DNA from: a virus
Direction: 5' to 3' (one strand)
IMG/VR virus record: IMGVR_UViG_3300000228_000003
Span: 1 to 64,000 of that record
DNA: 64,000 nucleotides
Positions 59,372 through 64,000 of this stretch are shown here, one piece after another (position 1 is the stretch's first letter; the number at the start of each line of letters is the position of its first letter). The notes beneath the pieces were generated by a model that saw nothing but the letters and a program-made list of their open reading frames with translations, was not told the DNA's origin and ran no database searches. A program made the translations under genes and the position numbers.

Positions 59372-59893
59372 ATGTTAACTGCTAGTAAAATAAGAGATAT
59401 TAAAATGTTGTTTATACCTTATTACATAATACAATACGCAAATTTAATTAAATTAGAACTATCGCACCTTATTAATGCCTGCGAAACAAAAAATGCAGAT
59501 GTATTATCTAAAGTAGATATAGAGAAAATAATTTATCTAAATAAGCTTGTATATGGTATATTACAATCTGTAGACCCGCCGTTATTTATTGCTGATGATA
59601 GTGCTTTCACTATTAATGATACTAAGAATACAATATCTGAATTATCCAGTAATAGTGTATTAGACGACAGTAGTGCGTACAATATTATTGAAAACAATCA
59701 GTATATTGTGGTGGTGTGTAATCCTGGATTTAGTAATTTTTTAATAAAAAATAAATCTATGGATATTGTATTAAGTTTTACTAAAGATATACTAGATATA
59801 TTGATTAGTAGGTTTAATATTAGCGAAGTGCGAAAATTGCCATTATATATGGTTTATATTAAAGAAAGGTTAAAATATGATACAAGTAACTAA
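59372..59893 (+). CDS. Conserved hypothetical protein (phiKZ gp119-like position)
   Basis: Between helicase and major capsid protein. Confidence 0.6.
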   Translation: MLTASKIRDIKMLFIPYYIIQYANLIKLELSHLINACETKNADVLSKVDIEKIIYLNKLVYGILQSVDPPLFIADDSAFTINDTKNTISELSSNSVLDDSSAYNIIENNQYIVVVCNPGFSNFLIKNKSMDIVLSFTKDILDILISRFNISEVRKLPLYMVYIKERLKYDTSN

Positions 59894-62069
59894 AGCAGCA
59901 AATACAGCTAGCGACAAATCTAACAAATTTAATACGTTCGGAATAGAGATACAATCTCTTATCCACATTGACTCTGATTATAACTCTGTTGCTTTTGAAG
60001 ACGCCGTGGGTAGTGCAGCTAGAACCGCCACTAGTCTAGTAGTAAAAGCTACAGAAGATAAAATTGACCCAGCATTTGAAAATGTTAGTATAGATTTGAT
60101 TAAAGCACTTAAACCAGGTGGTCTTAAGAAACTTTACAGTAAAAGCGATGTTAAAAATGGCATATTTGGAGCTATTAATCCAAGTAAATTTGACGAGCTA
60201 GCTAATAACATTAGTACAGCTATGGAATCTTTTGACGGACAAAATCCAAATAATCCTATATATATGTCACTAGTTACTACATACGCTGTAATGCAAGGTG
60301 ACCCGTTTATAAACGATTTCTATCCTATTATGCCATTGGATATGGAACAATCACATATTACAATACAAACACCAATAACAGCACTGCATAACCCACTAAG
60401 TGAGAGAGATGTAGACGGGCACGGTAAATCAACTGATAAACTATTTAATAGACTACTTCTATCTAAGAATATTTACTCTGACGTATTTACTAGCTCTACA
60501 AATAAATGTATTCCAGTATATGATGTTGCTAATGCTGCGCACGCTAACTTGTTTTACACAGGCATTGCTCCGGTAGTAGATAACACAAGTGGTAAAAATG
60601 TAATAACACTACCATTAAAAGTAAATACACCTATAGATATTATATCTATAAGTAAAACAAGTACAGAGATTTCTAGAGGCGTATCTGATGCTATTGAAAC
60701 ACTTGTAAATAGTATTAAGCTCACAGACCTATATTTTAGTCTTAGAAGAACAATTGGTGGTACTCCAGTAACAGAAACATTTAAAATAGATATTAGAGGT
60801 ATAGACTCAGCAGTATTCTCGCAAAAAGCTATTGGCGAAGAGAGAGATTACCATTCGCATATTAATACAGATGTAGCTGTATTCTCCCTAGAGCCTATCA
60901 ATAGTGCTGGCGGAGCAAGTGCTATTCTTACAGACATTGGCTTAGCTAATTATAAAGTAAGACTAGGATTAGAAGTAATCGCTGGTGTTAACCTAGAGTC
61001 TAGCAGTATGAAAGTTAGTCCAGCTGGTAAAGGTATAACTTTTGTGTCCCTTTACGATGGTACAAACATACAACTCGCACCTACTGCTACTGCTTCTACA
61101 GATGTTAAAGCGTTATTCGATACAGCTGAAATAGTTGGTTATTATCAAGAGTCTTATAGAACTAACTCAGACCTTAGAACTGCTGGTTTAACATTTACTG
61201 TTATTAACAAACAAGCACAACTATATGCTCCTTACAAAAGTGGGTCAACTGCGTATACACCTATAGTGGAATTTGGTAATAGTAATGATGCTAACAGACT
61301 CAATGGTGGGTCACTACCAAATGTAACGCTTATACAGATGCATAATGCCGCTATTGAGCAATTGTTAAGAACAGAAAGCACCTTGGCTTCTGTAACAAGT
61401 AACGGTTCACTTGTTATATCTGACACTACACAAGCAGTGCTAGGTCTTGGTTCTTACCATGTTACACCTACGTATATTAAAGACACTATAGACCTTTCAG
61501 CATTTATATCTTCTACTAAGTCATCAGAAAGAAAAGAAGACATAAAAGCAGCTATTTCGCAAAAGCTAATAGATGTACTGTTACATTTAGGTAATGTGTC
61601 TAATTACTTTGTATCTAGTATGCTACTCTACGGTAGCCACGAGACGACTGGTGCTATTAGAGCTACATACGTTGTTCTTGTTTGCGACCAGTATATTTAT
61701 AACTATCTTGACCCAGACCAAAATGGTGAAATTAGAATAAAAGACTTTATTATAAGATGTAGTAAAACTCTTAATCCTAAAATGGCTGGCAAAATGTACT
61801 TTACGTTTGGTGGTATGCAAGCAGCTACTGAAGTAAGTAACAATGTTGTAACTATTAATCCTATTAGTGGATTAGGACTTACACTTGTTAGACCTACAAT
61901 CGTTTCACCTGCCATAGCAACTAGGACTAGTAATGGTGGTACACTGCTTAGGTCTGATACATTTCCTTGCTGGGAGTTTCATAACACTAATCCAGTACTT
62001 TGCCGCATAGACATAACTAACATTACAGAAGCCCTTGCTAAAATTACCTTTAACACACATGCTGTTTAA
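59877..62069 (+). CDS. Major capsid protein (phiKZ gp120-like)
   Basis: 730 aa; AME|SFDGQN propeptide cleavage, F...FYP...., helicase-gp119-MCP-gp122-gp123 synteny. Confidence 0.88.
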   Translation: MIQVTKAANTASDKSNKFNTFGIEIQSLIHIDSDYNSVAFEDAVGSAARTATSLVVKATEDKIDPAFENVSIDLIKALKPGGLKKLYSKSDVKNGIFGAINPSKFDELANNISTAMESFDGQNPNNPIYMSLVTTYAVMQGDPFINDFYPIMPLDMEQSHITIQTPITALHNPLSERDVDGHGKSTDKLFNRLLLSKNIYSDVFTSSTNKCIPVYDVANAAHANLFYTGIAPVVDNTSGKNVITLPLKVNTPIDIISISKTSTEISRGVSDAIETLVNSIKLTDLYFSLRRTIGGTPVTETFKIDIRGIDSAVFSQKAIGEERDYHSHINTDVAVFSLEPINSAGGASAILTDIGLANYKVRLGLEVIAGVNLESSSMKVSPAGKGITFVSLYDGTNIQLAPTATASTDVKALFDTAEIVGYYQESYRTNSDLRTAGLTFTVINKQAQLYAPYKSGSTAYTPIVEFGNSNDANRLNGGSLPNVTLIQMHNAAIEQLLRTESTLASVTSNGSLVISDTTQAVLGLGSYHVTPTYIKDTIDLSAFISSTKSSERKEDIKAAISQKLIDVLLHLGNVSNYFVSSMLLYGSHETTGAIRATYVVLVCDQYIYNYLDPDQNGEIRIKDFIIRCSKTLNPKMAGKMYFTFGGMQAATEVSNNVVTINPISGLGLTLVRPTIVSPAIATRTSNGGTLLRSDTFPCWEFHNTNPVLCRIDITNITEALAKITFNTHAV

Positions 62070-62073
62070 ACAA

Positions 62074-62111
62074 ATCGTAACTACACCAGGTTTCCCTGGT
62101 GTAGTTACGAT
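62074..62111 (+). terminator. Intrinsic terminator after the major capsid gene
   Basis: 17-bp stem ATCGTAACTACACCAGG / CCTGGTGTAGTTACGAT followed by ATTTTTT. Confidence 0.85.
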
Positions 62112-62158
62112 ATTTTTTAAGTATATATTATTAATAAGATATTTACACAGGAGTTCTA

Positions 62159-63226
62159 ATGACTTGCGACGACATACCACAGCACGTGTCTGTGCATAAA
62201 AATTATACATACGATAATAACATAAACCTTACTAGTATTGTAGTACCTAATAAAATAGGACAGAGCAGATATATTTATAATACTATGCAAGAGGAGTGCA
62301 GCGTTATTAAAAATGGTATCCTGTCTAATATTGTTAAGAGCACAGAATTAACATACAGTCAAGATTTAAAGAAGATATTTCCAACTTTAAATATTAATGG
62401 CGGAGTATTTATTATAGACTTTACAGCTATTAATATAACTAATTGTAAAGATGAGTTGATAAAATACTACAGCAGTGACAATGGTATTAATATAGTGATA
62501 AATAGATTAATACTAGAAGCGATACACACAGCTAGTCCATTAACGGAAATAATATACTTAAGAGTAATATACTATGTGCCGCATAGTATATTAAGTATTA
62601 ATAAGGAGGTGAGTGTTTCTAAGTTAGGATTAATTTTTAATTTAGGTAGTGTTGCGATACCACAGTATAACTATACAACTGAGGATATACTAAGCGGCAT
62701 ATTTAAAATTATTATTATTAATAACGAAGTTCCTGGTAAAAAGTATTATGTAGAATTAGGAGGTGTGGAGGTACCATTATCATCAGTAGTATCTAGTAAA
62801 ATAGCATCTGGTGCCATCGTCGAGATAAGTACTAATAATAGTCCAAAGAAGACTTTATATAAATTAGAGGAGTTAGAAAGTGTAGGTGTATACTCTGATA
62901 TAGAAAAATTAAGAAAGAGTAGATTACTTAATAAAGAGTCTAGGGAAGATAGATTATCTGCATTAGATTATTATTCTAAAGTGGATAATAACCGTACTAA
63001 TATGTTGCTAGCACAATCTAAACTCAACATGCAGTACTCGGCAGAAGCGTCGGCTAATAATTTAGCAGTGTATAATATGATAATAGTTAAATTAAAACTG
63101 CTGCAGACTGTTATTGATATCAATACTCCAAATAAAGTAGCTGCTGGCACTAAAGGTAACTCGAAAGATACGGTTTTACTGGAAATATTTGATTTAGTTA
63201 AAAAAATAGTCATAAAAAAAATATAG
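62159..63226 (+). CDS. Conserved hypothetical protein (phiKZ gp122-like position)
   Basis: 355 aa; preceded by TATATTATTAA at 62124. Confidence 0.65.
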   Translation: MTCDDIPQHVSVHKNYTYDNNINLTSIVVPNKIGQSRYIYNTMQEECSVIKNGILSNIVKSTELTYSQDLKKIFPTLNINGGVFIIDFTAINITNCKDELIKYYSSDNGINIVINRLILEAIHTASPLTEIIYLRVIYYVPHSILSINKEVSVSKLGLIFNLGSVAIPQYNYTTEDILSGIFKIIIINNEVPGKKYYVELGGVEVPLSSVVSSKIASGAIVEISTNNSPKKTLYKLEELESVGVYSDIEKLRKSRLLNKESREDRLSALDYYSKVDNNRTNMLLAQSKLNMQYSAEASANNLAVYNMIIVKLKLLQTVIDINTPNKVAAGTKGNSKDTVLLEIFDLVKKIVIKKI

Positions 63227-63267
63227 ATGGTATGATTAATGACTTTAATAAAAAAAGGATGTGATAT

Positions 63268-64000
63268 ATGTCTGGTATAAATAATACGTTGGCATCTCTA
63301 TTAGACAGCTCGACGCCTAAGTTTAATTCACAAATAACAAGAGGGTTTGCTAAAGAGGTATTAGAAACTGCTATAGATGCTTTTTTACCAAACATACTGT
63401 ACGGTGGTATGCGTACATTGCGGTCTAATATACCGTTAACATTTAATGGTATAAGAAAAATATCACCTGTTGAAGATTTTAATACTATCTTTAAAAAGAA
63501 CGAAGGGGTTAAATTATCGCTTAATAACTCTGATGTATATCCTGTGTATTTACTATTTGAATATGATGGAGCACCTATACATTTAAAAATATACTTGCCT
63601 TACTGTAGAACTGGTAACATTATGAAAATAGATGGTACTACATATAAAATAGTGCCCGTGTTAACAGATACAGTAATATCACCTAGTGACATAGGTGTGT
63701 TCATAAGACTTCTTATGGGTAAAAATATGGTATATGGCCCAGCTAAGAATATAGTTATTAATGGTATCAAAACTCATTTACAGATATTGCAAACTACAAC
63801 AGTGTCTGTTAAGGCTGGTATAGCAAATAACTTAGGTAAAGTTAATACTCCTTTATCATTATATCTTTTATCCGTATACGGACTAGCTGGAACATTACGT
63901 AGGTATTATAATATAAATATAGACGAGTTTATAGTAACGGATACTTATCCGGATAATAAAGACGATTATAATATTTATGAGTCATTCGGTAGTAAGCCTA
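63268..64000 (+). CDS. Non-virion RNA polymerase beta N-terminal subunit (phiKZ gp123-like), truncated by the window edge
   Basis: Absent from the ORF track; hand translation MSGINNTLAS...IYLPYCRTGNIMKIDGTTYKIVPVLTDTVISP..VFIRLL; frame runs to the window end. Confidence 0.85.
   Translation, partial: MSGINNTLASLLDSSTPKFNSQITRGFAKEVLETAIDAFLPNILYGGMRTLRSNIPLTFNGIRKISPVEDFNTIFKKNEGVKLSLNNSDVYPVYLLFEYDGAPIHLKIYLPYCRTGNIMKIDGTTYKIVPVLTDTVISPSDIGVFIRLLMGKNMVYGPAKNIVINGIKTHLQILQTTTVSVKAGIANNLGKVNTPLSLYLLSVYGLAGTLRRYYNINIDEFIVTDTYPDNKDDYNIYESFGSKP

Noticed and set aside
1-64000. TAG stop-codon reassignment (the minus-strand TAGTAGT repeat would be open if TAG were sense)
   Set aside because: TAG ends genes immediately before the next start (1527/1532, 2011/2013) and core genes have expected lengths in the standard code
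1-64000. tRNA, rRNA, integrase, transposase or PhuZ tubulin genes
   Set aside because: No supporting motifs seen and intergenic gaps are mostly too short; a tRNA scan was not run

Overview
This window is a very AT-rich segment of a phiKZ-like, nucleus-forming jumbo phage genome (Chimalliviridae-like), read in the standard genetic code. Recognisable core genes are chimallin (8668-10491) followed by the non-virion RNAP beta' subunit with DFDGD, two virion RNAP subunits, a family-B-type 3'-5' exonuclease, a UvsX/RecA recombinase, baseplate-like and head proteins, an expanded family of protease-processed internal head proteins, a DnaB-like helicase, the major capsid protein and the start of the non-virion RNAP beta subunit. 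Lysis genes are dispersed: a spanin pair, an SLT muramidase and a holin candidate. The most unusual region is 3.1-7.8 kb. There a coiled-coil protein gene precedes a set of highly symmetric Kelch-like beta-propeller genes with 6, 3 and 6 blades plus an orphan, start-less single blade; variation is concentrated in the predicted binding-face loops. Other items of note are a duplicated structured leader in front of chimallin, a duplicated promoter-ORF-terminator cassette, a hairpin that could occlude the RBS of the holin candidate, perfect 24-40 bp palindromes at gene ends, a candidate early-promoter motif and a G-poor tandem-repeat region at the left edge. phiKZ gp numbers are assigned from recalled motifs and synteny, not from a database search. 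No tRNA, rRNA, CRISPR array, integrase, transposase or reverse transcriptase was recognised.
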